Assembly (NCBI GenBank): GCA_951406725.2 | Contig: OX597820.1 | Span: 65,348,001 to 65,412,000, forward strand | Length of the DNA stretch: 64,000 bases | Direction of reading: 5' to 3' | Source: Octopus vulgaris | Lineage: Eukaryota | Shown here: positions 26,386 through 40,998 of the stretch, one piece after another | Position numbering within the stretch: the first letter of the stretch is position 1 | How the letters are laid out: every line of letters starts with the position of its first letter | Translations under genes and position numbers: made by a program | Notes under the pieces: model-generated | The model's input: the letters and a program-made list of their open reading frames with translations, nothing else | Database searches by the model: none | Told to the model about the DNA's origin: nothing

Positions 26386-27430
26386 TGTAGATATGCGTAT
26401 ATATGTCGTCATTTAATCCTAAATAATTTCTATATGTCGGCCTAAATGTTAGAGCTCACAATTAAAAGTAAATACTAATATATATTAAGCTATATCTCTT
26501 GATTATAATTTGTCATAATTATAAAATCGTAGTTTCCCCACATCGTAAATCTATCTCAGTTAAGACGTAGTGTTTTCTCAATGAAATTCCACGTTGTTTA
26601 TTACAAGTTCACTACATCTCTTCGGGTCTCTAGTTTATGATACAAGTTGACACTCGTATGTAACTAGAAACTCCGAATAGAAAATCTGTCAAAATTTGTA
26701 TATCTGTTTTAAAGTGTCTTGGTTATTGATTTGCAGTGAATACACACTATTTTGTGTGAAGAATTCTACGTGTGTATGGAAGGGGCTTTTGTGAACGGAA
26801 GTACATAATTCCTATATACATACATCTAGATTCATAGATGAATATGTGTGTGTGAATGTGTGTGTCTGTGAAATTATATACATTCGTGTGTAAATATAAG
26901 TGTGTGTGTGTGCACTTACGGGTATTTTTATTGGCACTTAAGCTTGCATGGAATGGCAATAACTTGCATTGAATAGCTTTCTTTCAACTATATACCAAAT
27001 CCTTTAGTTTAGTGATGTAAGATAACCACTGTAACACTGTCCAAAGTATTGGATGTCTTGCTTTGATACACAATCAAAGAATTATTCCTCTATGTTCAAT
27101 CATTTATAACATATAAATATGATTATACAATATTTCAGTTTCTATCAATATGGTAATACTTGGGATAAAAATCCCCTTTCTGGGAAGAAAATCAAAGGCT
27201 GCTGCTGTTGCTGTTGCCGAATTGATTTTGTAATGTTTTCTTTCCTCTTCAAGTAAGGTTTAGAAACCCGTATTGTGAAGTGGCCACACTTAACTTGTTA
27301 AATGACAGAAAATTAAAAAAAATTTAATGGCGACGTTGCAACGCCTCATATATCTGTTTAACTAAAATGCCATATGCATGCATACATGCATATATACATA
27401 CACACACACATATATATAAAATTATATATA

Positions 27431-27696
27431 CTCTTTTACTTGTTTCAGTCATTTGACTGTGTCCATGCTAGAGCACCGCCTTTAGTCGAGCATATCGACC
27501 CCAGGACTTATTCTTTGTAAGCCTAGTACTGATTCAATAGGTCTATTTTGCCTAACTCCTAAGTTACGGGGACGTAAACACACCAGCATCGGTTGTGAAG
27601 CGATGTTGGGGGGACAAGAACACACATACACACATACACACATACATACACACATACACACACACATACACATACATACACACATACATACATACA

Positions 27697-27730
<34 letters not shown>

Positions 27731-27768
27731 CATACATACATACATATATACATACATACATACATACA

Positions 27769-27834
<66 letters not shown>

Positions 27835-27994
27835 ATGGGATTCTTTCAGTTTCCGTCTACCAAATCCACTAACAAGGCTTTGGTCGGTCCGGGGCAATAG
27901 TAGAAGACAATTGACCAAGGTTCGCACAGTGGGACTGAACCCGGAACCATGTGGTTGGCAAGCAAACTACTTACCACACATCCACTCCTACTCC
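27431..27994 (-). mobile_element. SINE family A with ~210 bp expanded internal (CATA)n(TA)n microsatellite
   Basis: Both consensus halves present, separated by a long microsatellite. Confidence 0.9.
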
Positions 27995-28242
27995 TATTTA
28001 TATATATATAAATATAAATATAAATATATATAAATATATATATATATATGTTAAATTAGAGATAAAACCACTATTAGGCAAATCATACAATGAAAAACTT
28101 AAGCCAATACATAAGATTAATTAATTTATATTATTTTAAATATATATCAAAATTATTAAAAACAGATATATATATATATATACGTATTACCATATTGATA
28201 GAAATCGAAATATTCCTTAGTTATATACATGATTGTACAATA

Positions 28243-28392
28243 TCATCACCATCATTTAATCTCCGTTTTCCATGCTGGCACGAGTTGTACGGTTTGACAG
28301 GCACCAAAAGTCGGAGCGCTGCACCAAGCTCTAACCCTCTGTTTGATTTGGCATATGTTCAATAGCTGAATGCCCTTCCTAAAGCCAGCCCT
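28243..28392 (-). mobile_element. 3' part of a retroposon with (ATG)n tail; related fragment at 25790-25845 (+)
   Basis: Reverse complement contains TTAGGAAGGGCATTCAGC...GTCAAACCGTACAACTCGTGCCAGCATGGAAAACGG..TTAAATGATGGTGATG; GTCAAACCGTCCAACTCATGCCAGCAT recurs near 25817. Confidence 0.6.
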
Positions 28393-28976
28393 TTCTAGGG
28401 ATAAAAAAAATCTAGGAAGATATGAATATGTGTGTGTGTGTAGGTGCATACATGCATATACAAGCACACGAGTATACAGACATACAGACACACAAGTATA
28501 TGTGTATTTACTCACTTGTGCCTTTAGCTTTGCTCACGCTGGAGTACTGCCATGAACACAAACATAACAAACACGCAGGTACATGCATACATACATACAT
28601 TCATACATACATATAGGTGCAAGTACGGCTATGTACTTAAGAAATTCAGTTTTTTACAACGTCTTTTCGGATTCAGCCCTAATGTAAAGGACCATGGACA
28701 TGGGTCAAGTAGCATAAAACCTGAGCCGACTTGTGTTCTGCGTGTGATTATGATTGGCGGAATCTTTGCCATAGGCCCCTTACTCTCACAAATACATATA
28801 AATATACATTCAATCATACTTACAGAAATATATAATATTAATGCTTCATTACACTCTATTCAGTACTGCGTAAGACAGTGAATTTGTTTGTTTTTGGTCA
28901 CTCAGTATGCTGGAGATAGCGCTAAATTGCCACTCTAACTTCAACGTACCGTGTTTAATATTTTGGATAATTGTAA

Positions 28977-29419
28977 GGCGGCAAACTAACAAGATCGTTT
29001 ACATGACGCCGACCAAAATGCTTAGCGGCATTTCATCTGGCTTAATGTTCGGATTTCAATTTCCACCGTCGTCGACTTTGCCTTTCATCTTTTCTGGGTC
29101 GATAAAATAAGTACCAGTTGGACACTGGGGTCGATGTAATCAGCTTACGCTTTGTAATTGCTAACCTTGTGTCAAGATTTGAAGCCGGTATAGGATAATT
29201 CTTAGAGGCGAACTGTCAGAATCGCTAGCACGCCAAACAAAACGCTTACCGGCATTTTGTCCGTTTTGGGGTTCTGAGTTCAAATTCAGACGAGGTTGAG
29301 TTTGTATTTCATCCATTCATTGCTGATAAAGTAAGTTCCAATTGAGCACTGGGAGCGATTTAATCGACTTATCCCATCCTCCCGAAATTGCTGGCCTTGT
29401 GCCATAATTAGAAAGCATT
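28977..29419 (+). mobile_element. Two tandem SINE family B copies (28977-29187, 29205-29419)
   Basis: AAATGCTTAGCGGCATTTC, GCCTTTCATC..GGGTCGATAAAATAAGTACCAGTTG, CTGGGGTCGATGTAATC; pattern repeated twice. Confidence 0.85.
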
Positions 29420-29693
29420 AAATGCTGGATATCTTAAGCCATTAAATACGACGGAATCATTACCGAATACAACATGTCCAGGAGCTCCTCATATGATTAA
29501 CAATTGCATGCCGAGATGTATATTTTGCTTCTCTGTGAGATCGAAGTATGATGATCTACAGTTGTGAATGAATGAATCAAATTGAGTCTTTCACCCCGAT
29601 CTGGATCTACATAATGACGGCAACAACAACAACAACAGCAACAAGAAAATTACACGTAGGATATTATAAAACATCATCCTCATTTATCATTTA

Positions 29694-30125
29694 CTAGCAG
29701 TATAACCCGCCTTTGCCCAGGATTAAGTTAGGATTGTTGAGGTAATCAAGTTCTTTATTTGAAACCAAACTAAGTAACATCGACGTCAAATTTGGGCGAA
29801 ATCCGGTGAAATTGTTTTATGAATATATATACTGGAAAATAGCGACGTAATAAATACGACGCTAATGTATAGCTTCATTGCGTATGTAATAGTAAAGATG
29901 CGTGTGTGCAACAAACATGAAAAAAATTGTCTTACCTCTAGGAAGAACATCTGAAAAATGATATACCTAGAAATGGATAATGTGGTACCGGTTTCAGATT
30001 CTTCAAAATACGTCTGCCAACATATATTTGATTTATCCTCATCAGCCACATATACCTCGACAATATTTCAAATGTTGCCACATCTATGCCAGTACACTCG
30101 ACTTTTCTGTATAATGCATTACTAT

Positions 30126-30169
<44 letters not shown>

Positions 30170-30564
30170 GCAACACACACGTACGTAGTACACCTATTAC
30201 ATACATGTTTTTTGTACGCATACTTGTTCGTGTCTCTGTGTTGCCCGCATATCAACAAAACACTTTTTTCCTCGATGGAAAAAAGACAACAATAGTCTTT
30301 AAAACTTATTCGTCCCTAGAAGGGAACTTAACTCCTGTTTTTAAACGGTGGTGATTTCTCCGACTTGAAAATTTTGGTTAAAAATTTATTTTTACTGCTA
30401 TTCACTGCTGCCTCTGGGAAAATAAGTTGACAAATATACAACTATGGTCATAACGAATGTTCTAAAATTGAGTGCCATGCGTGCTAATTTGTGAACGTGC
30501 ATAAATTACGTTCATGTACACACACACACACACACACACACATCCTGCCTTTGATATATAAAGA
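29694..30564 (-). mobile_element. Non-autonomous Helitron
   Basis: Minus strand: 5' A|TCTTTATATATCAAAGGCAGGATGTGTG..., 3' GC-rich hairpin-like CCTGGGCAAAGGCGGG then ..CTGCTAG|T; inserted between A and T with no TSD. Confidence 0.75.
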
Positions 30565-31544
30565 TGTCTGTATCCGAAAAAATACCGTATTAAATTAATC
30601 AGTGATAAATAAATAACAGGACAAATAAGGAAAATAGCTCTCGTTCCGAGACCTCACGTTGTCCAAACCATTGTGGAAAGTCGCTGAGATACGTTTTTGT
30701 GGTTGAAGCGGAATCTTCGACTGCTCTCCGACTCGTGTTATCACACTTCACTTCGTGATAAACGTAACGCCGTTCATAATTAGCATACAGAATTATCTCA
30801 CAGCTGTGATGAATGAATCAATGACAAAACGCAGACAGATGTACTAAATACACTATGCCACAAAAGGGAACAGGATTACATGGTTATAACTGGAACCTTT
30901 TTATTAGGATATATGTCTGCTGTGTATATATGCATGCCTATATATTTTCTACAAGGTACGGACTCAATATCTGGTAACGAGAGACGTAATTTACAGACCG
31001 CAGTATATAATAGGTTACTGACGATGATAATACTCGGAACAGAAATATTATCTATGAGCAATGATTATTTAATAATACTTTATGATAGAGACGAGATTGA
31101 CCGGGTATGTTTTACATTTAAAAGAGGTGGACACAATTTAGTACGAGATTTCGCTGCTATTTCTAGAAGATTCAGTGATCTCATAAAAGCCTACTTGTTA
31201 ACCTGAGCTTACAATTGGTAGATAGTTTCAGTTGGATCTGAAATGTATGATAAATTCTTTATAGTTTTGGAATTACAAATAATACTACAACTTAGCCTGG
31301 CAGAATTTATTCGAAGTACATACAATGGACATGTCTTAGTATATCTTATATTTGCATATAGAAGGCTTCCACATTCATAATCAAGTGTGTTATTTATGTA
31401 TGTACATATGTGTGTATCTGCGTGTGTGTTAATACACGTATGTGCACGTGTGTGCTAATATATGTATGCGTGTGTCTGTACGTATGCGTTTGTTTGTGTG
31501 TGTTAATATTAGATACATGTATGTGTATGTATATAATATATACG

Positions 31545-31589
<45 letters not shown>

Positions 31590-31609
31590 ATATATATATA
31601 TATATATGC

Positions 31610-31665
<56 letters not shown>

Positions 31666-31720
31666 CATATATATGTGTGTGTGTGTGCATGTATGTATTA
31701 GATAAATAGTTATGTACGCA

Positions 31721-31816
31721 CACACGTACGCACGCACACACGTACGCACGCACACACGTACGCACGCACACACGTACGCACGCACACACGTACGCACGCA
31801 CACACGTACGCACGCA
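31721..31816. repeat. Perfect 16-bp minisatellite x6
   Basis: (CACACGTACGCACGCA)6. Confidence 0.95.
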
Positions 31817-32490
31817 CACACACGTATGTAAGTGTGTGTGTTTCGGCATATGTGTGCGCGGGTGCGATTCTACGAGCATAAGTATGTGTGTACCATTATA
31901 TCGGTCTAACAGGTGTATATATATGTCCGAGAATATACAAATTATAGCGACATTTGAATATATCTGTGTGAACATGTGCATGCATGTGTGTATGTATATG
32001 TGTATGTATGCATATGTGTGCTTGTGTGTGTGTGTGTATATGTATGAGTGTCTATCTGCATATACACATGCACATATATGTACATATATTTACACACCTA
32101 CCCATACAAACACGTGCATACACGTACATCTAAGCACACGTTGATAAGTTTCTTTGTTTTTTTTTTAGGTGGGGAGGTGTGATATCCAATTGAGGTTGTG
32201 TGGAATTTTATCACGTTATAAAATCATTTATGTTTGCATAATGTGATTTCCAGATACAGAAAAAATAAGATGAGAGAGAGAGAACATGCACTCGTACACA
32301 CACGTACACACGTGCGCGGACACTCACACGCACACACACACACACACTTACAAATACGCGCACACACGAACACTCACTTGCATACACGCATACACACATA
32401 TGTATATGTATATACATATACGTATATATGTATGTATATCTATATCTATCTATCTATCTTTCTCTCTATATATATATGTATGTATGTATG

Positions 32491-32536
<46 letters not shown>

Positions 32537-33494
32537 CATATGTATGTATACGTAAGGCCAGGTGGAGGGTGAAGGATAGCTAGTAAAATGGAGTAGGAGA
32601 AACTTCGAGAAAACAGAAATCATATTAGCGAAATACAGTGCCACCGATTGTTAGAAACTAAAACAAAAAATGTCTAACTTGACCCTTCATGAATGAGGTT
32701 ATTCATAAACCAACTTGTGGCATAACCTTTTGAAGAAGTTCCCTTCGTAAGCGGGGCACGACTGCGTTGTTAGCTGCATAAAGCGAATGAAATGGAAGAG
32801 ATAAAAAAAACAAAAATAAAACAAATCACTGTTATTGCATTTGTTGGTGTTGATGATGATGATGATTTTAGCAGTGGTGGTGGTGGTGAGTCTGGTGTTG
32901 ATTTATCTGTGTCTCTCGTTATATCCGTTTGTTTGTTCGATAGTTTGTTTTTGTTGTTGAAGTTGTGTTTGCGGTGGCTTGTTGCTGCATTAATAAACGT
33001 TGCTTATTCAAATTTCACGTCACGATGGTTGCAAGATTGAAGAGCTTATGTACTCTATACTTTGCAGATATATAAAAATGTGAGGATGCTGCAGCAGGTT
33101 GTACGATACTTTTCAGTCAGCAGATATTATAATCATTCACCAGCAGAGGATACAACAGTATTGTACAATAAATATTAAAATATTTGCAGTGGATATTACC
33201 ATATTTTAAACATAGATTTTACCATGATTTTGCAAAAGATATCATTATATATTATAAGTATTATAAAATTGTTCTGTTAGTATTACAGTGTTTGGCAGTA
33301 GTCAGGTTGCTTACCTTATATATAAGGAGGATGTCTTGCAGAAGTAGGTATGTTTTTCATAGATATTACGATATTTGTAATGGCGCTTATCACAGACATT
33401 ATGATATTTTTGTATTAGATACTAAATTCTCGTTGATGATAAAATGGCTCAAAGACCCAAAAGCGTCGTAATAGCTGTGCTTTCGAAAATGTTA

Positions 33495-33748
33495 TTCTTT
33501 GATTCTTTTACTTGTTTCAGTAATTTGAGTGCGGCGATGCTGGAGCACCGTCTTTAATCGAAGGAGTCGACACCAGCTCTTATTCTTTGTAAGCCCAGTA
33601 CTTATTCTATCGGTCTCTTCTTTGCCAAACCGTTAAGTTACGGGGACGTAAAGACACCAACATCGGTTGTCAAGCGATGGTGAGGAGACAAACTCAGACA
33701 CAGGAACATATACATATATATATATTTGTATATATATATATGTATGTA

Positions 33749-33826
<78 letters not shown>

Positions 33827-33966
33827 TATATCAAACCCACTCTCAAGGCTTTGGTCGGCCTGAGACTATGGGAGAAGACACTAGGCCAAGGTGCCACGCA
33901 GTCGAACGGAACACAGAAACATGTGGTTGGGAAGCAAGCTTCTTACCACACAGCCGCTCCTGAGCC
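33495..33966 (-). mobile_element. SINE family A
   Basis: Reverse complement of consensus; small internal deletion next to the (TA)n tract. Confidence 0.88.
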
Positions 33967-34157
33967 TAGTGTGGTTATCTTATTTTCAATGTATATAGCG
34001 ATGGTGCTCCATAGTGTAAGCGCCAATTTCAATCAGAACAGTGTTAGAAGATACAAGAGGAATAGCAAAATTCAAACAAACAAAGAAACTTTTTATCTGA
34101 AGCTTTCCAACTGACCAGTTACCCATCATACAAATTTAATACTATATAATACATATA

Positions 34158-34600
34158 GGCGCAGAAGTGGTTGCGTGGTTCCGGGTTCAGTCCCATAGCG
34201 TGGCACCAGGCTTGTGAGTGGATTTGGTAGACGGAAACTGAAAGAAGCTCGTCGAATATATGTACATATGTGTGTGTGTATATGTTTGTGTGTCTGTGTT
34301 TGTCCACCCAACATCGCTTCGCAACCGATGGTGGTGTGTTTACCTCCCCGTTACTTGGCAGTTCTGCAAAAGAGACCGATAAAATAAGTACTAGACTTAC
34401 AAAGAATAAGTGCTGGGGTCGATTTTCTCGACTAAAGGCGGTGTTCCAGCATGGCTGCAGTCAAACGACTGAAACAAGTAAAAGAAAGAAAGAAAGAAAG
34501 AAAGAAAGAAAAAAAGAAAGAAAGAAAGAAAGAAAGAAAGGAAGAAAGAAAGGAAGAAAGAAAGAAAGGAAGAAAAAAAGAAAGAAAGGAATAAAGAATA
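34158..34600 (+). mobile_element. SINE family A with two 5' deletions and expanded (GAAA)n tail
   Basis: GGCGCAGAAGTGG..GGTTCCGGGTTCAGTCCC..; 3' half near consensus. Confidence 0.85.
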
Positions 34601-35359
34601 GCCATCTATGTATCTTGCCTAATTTTTATACATACTGTCGATAGGCTAGTTACTACTGAAACTGATTTGAGATAACAGCTGTTATGGACGTGTTGTGGCA
34701 ATCAATTGCCAGGGGAAACAAAAAATTCGTCCATTCAGCGGCCAGCGAGAATGCCAGATGCAAGTCGGCTTCTTTTTTTTCTTTAACCATTTCAATCGCA
34801 AGTACAAACAATCATCTGCATACACGTGCTAGAAATACATACATGTTTATTCTCATTTAATGCAATAACAATTGCAGACATTCAGTTGGATGGCTATTTG
34901 CCTCATCAGAGTATGATTGAACCACTTCTTACACGAGAAGCGAAAAAATTCTCGTCCGAGCAAGCAGCTGACTGAGATACTTTATGCTCCTGAAAAGGTT
35001 CCCAAAAAGCCTAAATCGATCTGGCCTTCTTACTGGCCACTGATGGAACGAATGTTCGCTTCCCTCTTATATATATTGTGTTTTTAACATAGTATGAGCA
35101 TATGAGTCGATATCTCAGGGCAAATACTACAGCATAAATAAGTATTATACATAGATGGCCATTTTAATTTAATATTACATTTATTTCCCGTACCAGATAT
35201 ATAGAATATTACTAATGGAGGTTCATCACTTCACTGAAGTACCAGAGACAGTTTATGACACTATTCTAGTTAGATTCATTGCTTCCAGTCACATTTTCGT
35301 CTCAGATTTGTGCATATGATATATTGATATCAATTACATGAAAATAGTATCCAGTCGCA

Positions 35360-35530
35360 GGCGTAGGAGTGGCTGTGTCGTTAGTAGCTTGCTTACCAAC
35401 CAGATGGTTCCGGATTCAGTCCCACTGCGTGGCACCTTAGGCAAGTATTTTCTACTATAGCCTCGGGCTGACCATAGCCTTCTAAGTCGATTTGGTAGAC
35501 GAAAACTGAAAGAAGTCCGTCGTTTTTATG

Positions 35531-35604
<74 letters not shown>

Positions 35605-35822
35605 CGTTTGCGTGTCTGTGTTTGTCCCCCAGCGTCGCTTGACAACCGATGCAGGCGCGTTACGTCCCTGTAACTTAGCGGTTCGGCAAAAGAGACCGAT
35701 AGAATAAGTACTAAGCTTACAAAGAATAAGTCCTGCGGTCGATTTACTCGACTAAAGGCGGTACTCCAGCATGGCCACAGTCAAATGATTGAAACAAGTA
35801 AAAGTAAAAGCAAAAAAGAGAA
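35360..35822 (+). mobile_element. SINE family A, full length
   Basis: Near consensus with internal (TA)(TG) tract. Confidence 0.92.
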
Positions 35823-36430
35823 AATATGCATAAATATATATATATATATGTATCTATATATATATATATATATATTATACATATACATATTATATATATA
35901 ATATACATACACACGTATATACATGTATGTAAGTATGTGAGTATGTATGCATGTATATGTGTGTGTACGTATGTATGTTTTACGATGGCTTGTAGTAAAC
36001 ATTTGTTTCTATTTTCTGTTTGTTGGTTTAGCAATCCCTGCAGTCGATATTACATGGTGTTACTGTAAATATGATACTTTGCAGTAAATATTATACTATT
36101 TTGCAGTAAATATTACAATATTTGCAGAACGGTGTGTGGCTGTCCGTGAGTAGATTGTATGGCAATTCTGTTAGTCCACGAGTACGAGGTTTTGCAGTGT
36201 ATATTATAATATGTAAATGTCTGTTATGATTTATGATTTCTGTATATGATTATATGTCTTCTGTTATGTAGCTTGGTAGCATTGTAGACGCATACACAAC
36301 ACTCATTGGTTCATAAATAAAACCTACTAGTTACCTTTTAATCTCGCACACACAGACACATACAAGCAAACATGCGCACACAAATGCTTACATACATATT
36401 ATATGTGTGTGTATGTGTGTACATATACAC

Positions 36431-36690
36431 ACGTGGCTCATTTGGTTAGGGTACCCGTGCATTCGATTCACGCCGGCGTGTTGTGTCCTTCGGGAGGGCA
36501 CTTTATTTCTAGTTGCTCCAGTTCATTCAGCTGGTAAAGATGAATTGAACTTGTAATTTCAAACGGTCAGCGGAGTCCACATTTCGTGCCACGCTGAATC
36601 TCCCTGAGAAATGAGTTAAGGGTACGCGCGTTTGTGAAGTGCTCAGCCACTTGCACGTTAATTTCACGAGCAGGCTATTCCTTAACCATC
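36431..36690 (+). mobile_element. SINE family C, diverged copy (another head fragment at 25664-25772)
   Basis: Colinear with 17554-17879: GTTGCTCCAGT, GTTAAGGGTAC.CG, GCTCAGCCACTTGCACGTTAATTTCACGAGCA. Confidence 0.85.
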
Positions 36691-37169
36691 AGAGTGCTAC
36701 TCCAGAGACACACGCACACAGACACACAGACACACGCACACACACATACACACTATCATTCATACACACATCTATGTGTATGTGGTTTAGACACATAGAG
36801 AAAATAATTTGCCCAGTCATTATCAGACATCGAAACAAAATCCTTTCTATGGAAGAGTTAAAACATAATATTTCATGAACGAGATATTTTGCAATGTTTG
36901 TCCGTGCATATAGCAACCGTTTAGAATATAATTGATTTGTAACATGGAGAAAAATCACTCGTAGAGTGAGGCTGAGTTGGGTGCTCATAGTTGATTTTAT
37001 CAGCTCAACTACTTAACTAGCACTTACGTTGTCGGTCACTCGATGATTAACCTTAGCAAGATTTCAAACTCCACATGTAAAGCAGTTTTCTTTATGTAGT
37101 CAGCCGCTCTATCGAATTTGCCAATCGACTAAGCTTGTTGTCTGCATATATCACGAGACACACACACAC

Positions 37170-37219
<50 letters not shown>

Positions 37220-37230
37220 GTATATATATA

Positions 37231-37281
<51 letters not shown>

Positions 37282-37439
37282 ACACACTCATGCATACAGA
37301 TGCGTGCACGAGTGTATTTGTGTATGTATATTGTTCTCGCAAACACACATTGATAGAATATGTACATGGGGGTGTGTATGCGTGTGTAGTTGTGTATATG
37401 TGTATATCTATATGGTAGTATACACAGTAAATGATAATT

Positions 37440-38027
37440 GAGGTCGACTTTGCCTATCATCCCTTCGGAGTCGATAAATTAGGTATCAGTTGCGTACTGG
37501 GGTCAATCTCATAGACTGGCCCCCTTCCCGAAAATTTCGGGTTTCGTGCCTAGAGTAGAAAAGAATATATACGGTAAATGAAGGTGGCGATCTGGCAGAA
37601 ATGTTTGCACGCCGGGTAAAAGGATTAGCGGCATTTCGTTGATCCTTAGGTTCTGATTTCAAATCCGTCGAGATCGACTTTGCCTCTCATCCATTCGGGG
37701 TCGATAATATAAGTACCAGTTGAGTACTGAGGTTCGATGTTATCGACGTACCCACTCCCTTGAAATTGCTGGCCTTGTGCCAAAGTTTGAAATCAATGTA
37801 TACTGCAAATAAGGCGTCGTGCTCGCATAATCATTAGCACGCCGGAAAAAATGTTTGGCGTAGTTTCGTACGTCTTCACGTTCCGAGTATAAATACCGCA
37901 AGGGTTGACCTTGCTTTTCCTCCTTCTAGACTCGATAAAACAAGTAGCATTTGCGTACCGGAGTCGATGAAATCGACTTACTGCCTACTCCGAAATTACT
38001 GCCCTTGTGCAAAAATCTGAAATCAAT
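37440..38027 (+). mobile_element. Three tandem SINE family B copies (37440-37567 partial, 37583-37797, 37813-38027), followed by a family A head (38031-38080)
   Basis: Repeated GGTCGACTTTGCC..CATCC..GTCGATAA..AAGTACCAGTTG.GTACTG motif with tails GGCCTTGTGCC. Confidence 0.85.
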
Positions 38028-38412
38028 AGAGACGCAGGAGTGGCTGTGTGGCAAGTAGCTTGCTTACCAACCACATGGTTCTTGTGATCATTATCATCCA
38101 TTATTATCCTCATCATGATCACCCTCATCATTATCATCCTCATCATCATCATCGATGTTGTCGTCGTCATCGGCATGATCATTATCATCATCAACACCAT
38201 CATTATCGTCATCATCATCGTAGTCGTAGGTGTCATCGATGAATTTCTATTAACAAGGACAGCCATCAGTTATTCTGAACATATTTTAATGCTCTGATAT
38301 TTTAAAGAAACAAAAGTGCCGGCTCTCCGTCTCGGTCACAAACGGAACACTTATACTGATAATGCTTAGTGGATCGTAGCTGAACTCTGTCCTAAGCAAC
38401 ATCAACAACAGT

Positions 38413-38600
38413 GGAGGCACAATGGCCCAGGGGTTAGGGCAGCGTACTCTCGGTCGTAAAAACGCGGTTTCGATTCCCAAACCGGGCATTATGAGTGTTT
38501 ATTGAGCAAAAACATCTAAGCTCCAAGAGGCTCCAGTGGGAAGGGGTGGTGAATCCCGCTGTACTCGTTCGCCACAACTTTCTCTCACTCTTACTTCCTA
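38413..38600 (+). mobile_element. tRNA-derived SINE (fourth family)
   Basis: TGGCCCAGGGGTTAGG (A box), GGTTTCGATTCCC (B box), TTGAGCAAAAACA CORE-like segment. Confidence 0.65.
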
Positions 38601-38614
38601 CGTCTTCCACAAAG

Positions 38615-39026
38615 CAGAGGAACCATGGTGTAACCTACTATGGTGTGGTAAGGTTTCAGGCCCCAGTCTTGATTGCGAATCCTCTGTACCCCAGGATGGT
38701 TCGGCTCTCCACCTGTTAAAAGCCACCGTTTACGGAATGAGGATAACAGCGTAGCTTTCGCGTCCGTGCAACCGCTAGTCTATGGCGTGTGGTGGGTGGA
38801 TCTTCAAGTTACCGCGCACATTCTTAGTAACTTAGAGGAGGCTCGAATTAGAGATTATTCTTTGTGGCTAATGGCGTGACTCCTGATCGGAAGAAGAAGA
38901 AGAAAAAGAAGAAGAAGAAGGAGGGGAGGAGGAGGAGGAGGAGAAGAAGAAGAAGAAGAAGAAGAAGAAGAAGAAGAAGAAGAAGAAGAAGAAGAAGAAG
39001 AAGAAGAAGAAGAAGAAGAAGAAGAC
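38615..39026 (+). mobile_element. Unclassified retroposon-like segment ending in a (GAA)n tail
   Basis: GC-richer unique 270 bp ending abruptly in a long (AAG)n; no ORF homology seen. Confidence 0.35.
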
Positions 39027-39792
39027 ATCAACAACATTCGCAGTATCGGTTAGAAGCCCAGAACTGTACGTAAACAACTTCAAGTTGGACACGCCTATAC
39101 CTTATCTTCTCCCGGTACGATTACCTGTAGGAATACAACCACAGACTCACTAGCACCAGTAAACTACACCACCAACACGTGAAATGCTGACCATTTTCAT
39201 CCATCGGACCAATAACATCACCGCCAACACCATCACCACCACTAACAACAACAACAACAACACACAGCAGAAACAACATTCCATCCCTATCTTATGAAAA
39301 CCTTACAGGTTAGTATTATTTCGAACGGGCCGAAAAGGTGATATATTATATTGGACTTATTAAATTACAACATGTTTTGACACCGACTTTAACAATTTTT
39401 GACAAGTGGAACCATTTATTGCTGGAATATTCTGTAGGGTTTGATGTTTATTGCCACAAGTTCTCAATAGCAGCCTCTTATAAATGGCTCACCACATCAA
39501 CGTATAATCTTCTGTATCACGCCATGATATATTTGCAATGAACTGCAACAACGATAAACAATTAAACGAAATATATACAAGCAAACAACACATACAAGCA
39601 TACAGATGGATATACTCACGCATACACACCCAAACACACACACATACCTATCTACATACATACATATGTATATATAAATATGTGTGTGTGTGTGTATGTG
39701 TGTGTATGCGTGTATTTATACATATATATATACATATATGGCTATATGCATGTATGTTTGTATATATGTGTGTATGTGCTTGTGTGTATATG

Positions 39793-39849
<57 letters not shown>

Positions 39850-39967
39850 GGATATATGCATGTATGTTTATAGATATGTGTGTGTGTTTGTGTTTATATG
39901 TGTATGTGCATAATAGTTCTATCTTGCTTAGCTTCTATATAACCATAGTTATATAAACGTGTATATG

Positions 39968-40031
<64 letters not shown>

Positions 40032-40959
40032 TATGCATGTACACATACATATATCTCTACATGAATACCTATACACATGCCTATTTATATACATATGCAT
40101 GTATACATACACACGTGTGTATGCATGTATGTATGTATGCGTATGTCTATATATACCTGCAAACATTCATACATACACGCATAACTATTCTATTTCAGTT
40201 TCCATATGAACATACGCCTTATGCAAATGAGTATGACTATAAATTCACCCACGTATACACACACACATACACACAGCTATATGCGAATGTCTGCTATGTG
40301 CGAATGCTCTACATACATAAACGGTTGCATATATTAGTTATACAAATAATTGTCGCTTCATGTCCATGTGGCATGATGCAGTTGTAATGAAAAGCAATGA
40401 GATATTGAATGGTCTTAACACTATTCCGCTATTCCGGCATTCTTTTATTTCCCTATTCTATTCTAATCTATTTGTCCACGCTTCAACTTCACGCTCTTTC
40501 CTCCACCGACTATTTCCAACCTTGATTCACCAACCATTTCATATCACCGGTTTAATTAATACATCTCATATAGAAAGGATTTACAAAACAAGCTTCATTA
40601 TATATTCGTGTTGTAGTTGGCCTTAGAAGCATTTTGAATCTGTCAAAGCTATGATAAATCCCACTCGTTGTATTAGGATTGAGACCAAGATCAAAAGATA
40701 AAAGAATTTGTGATTATTTAAATCTTCATGTAGGTTTTGACATCCGTTATTTTTTTTTATCTCCCCTATTCTACCACTCTTCAAAAGTGGTGTAGTAAGT
40801 AGGTCCGCTCTCCTTTTGCTCTCTATCTCTCTTCGCTTACTCTTGTTTCTTACTCTTTCTCTTTCTCTGCTCTTTCTACTCCTCTTCATCTCTCTACCTA
40901 GATTCTTTGCTACATCTCTCTATATGTATGCATATATTTACATATATATATATACACGC

Positions 40960-40998
<39 letters not shown>

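Noticed and set aside
31721-31816. Regular repeat that could be mistaken for a CRISPR array
   Set aside because: No spacers; pure 16-bp tandem repeat in eukaryotic DNA
34895-34912. CTGATGAG on the minus strand (also CTGAAGAG near 43113 and 56457)
   Set aside because: No properly placed stem II plus GAAA and cleavage triplet
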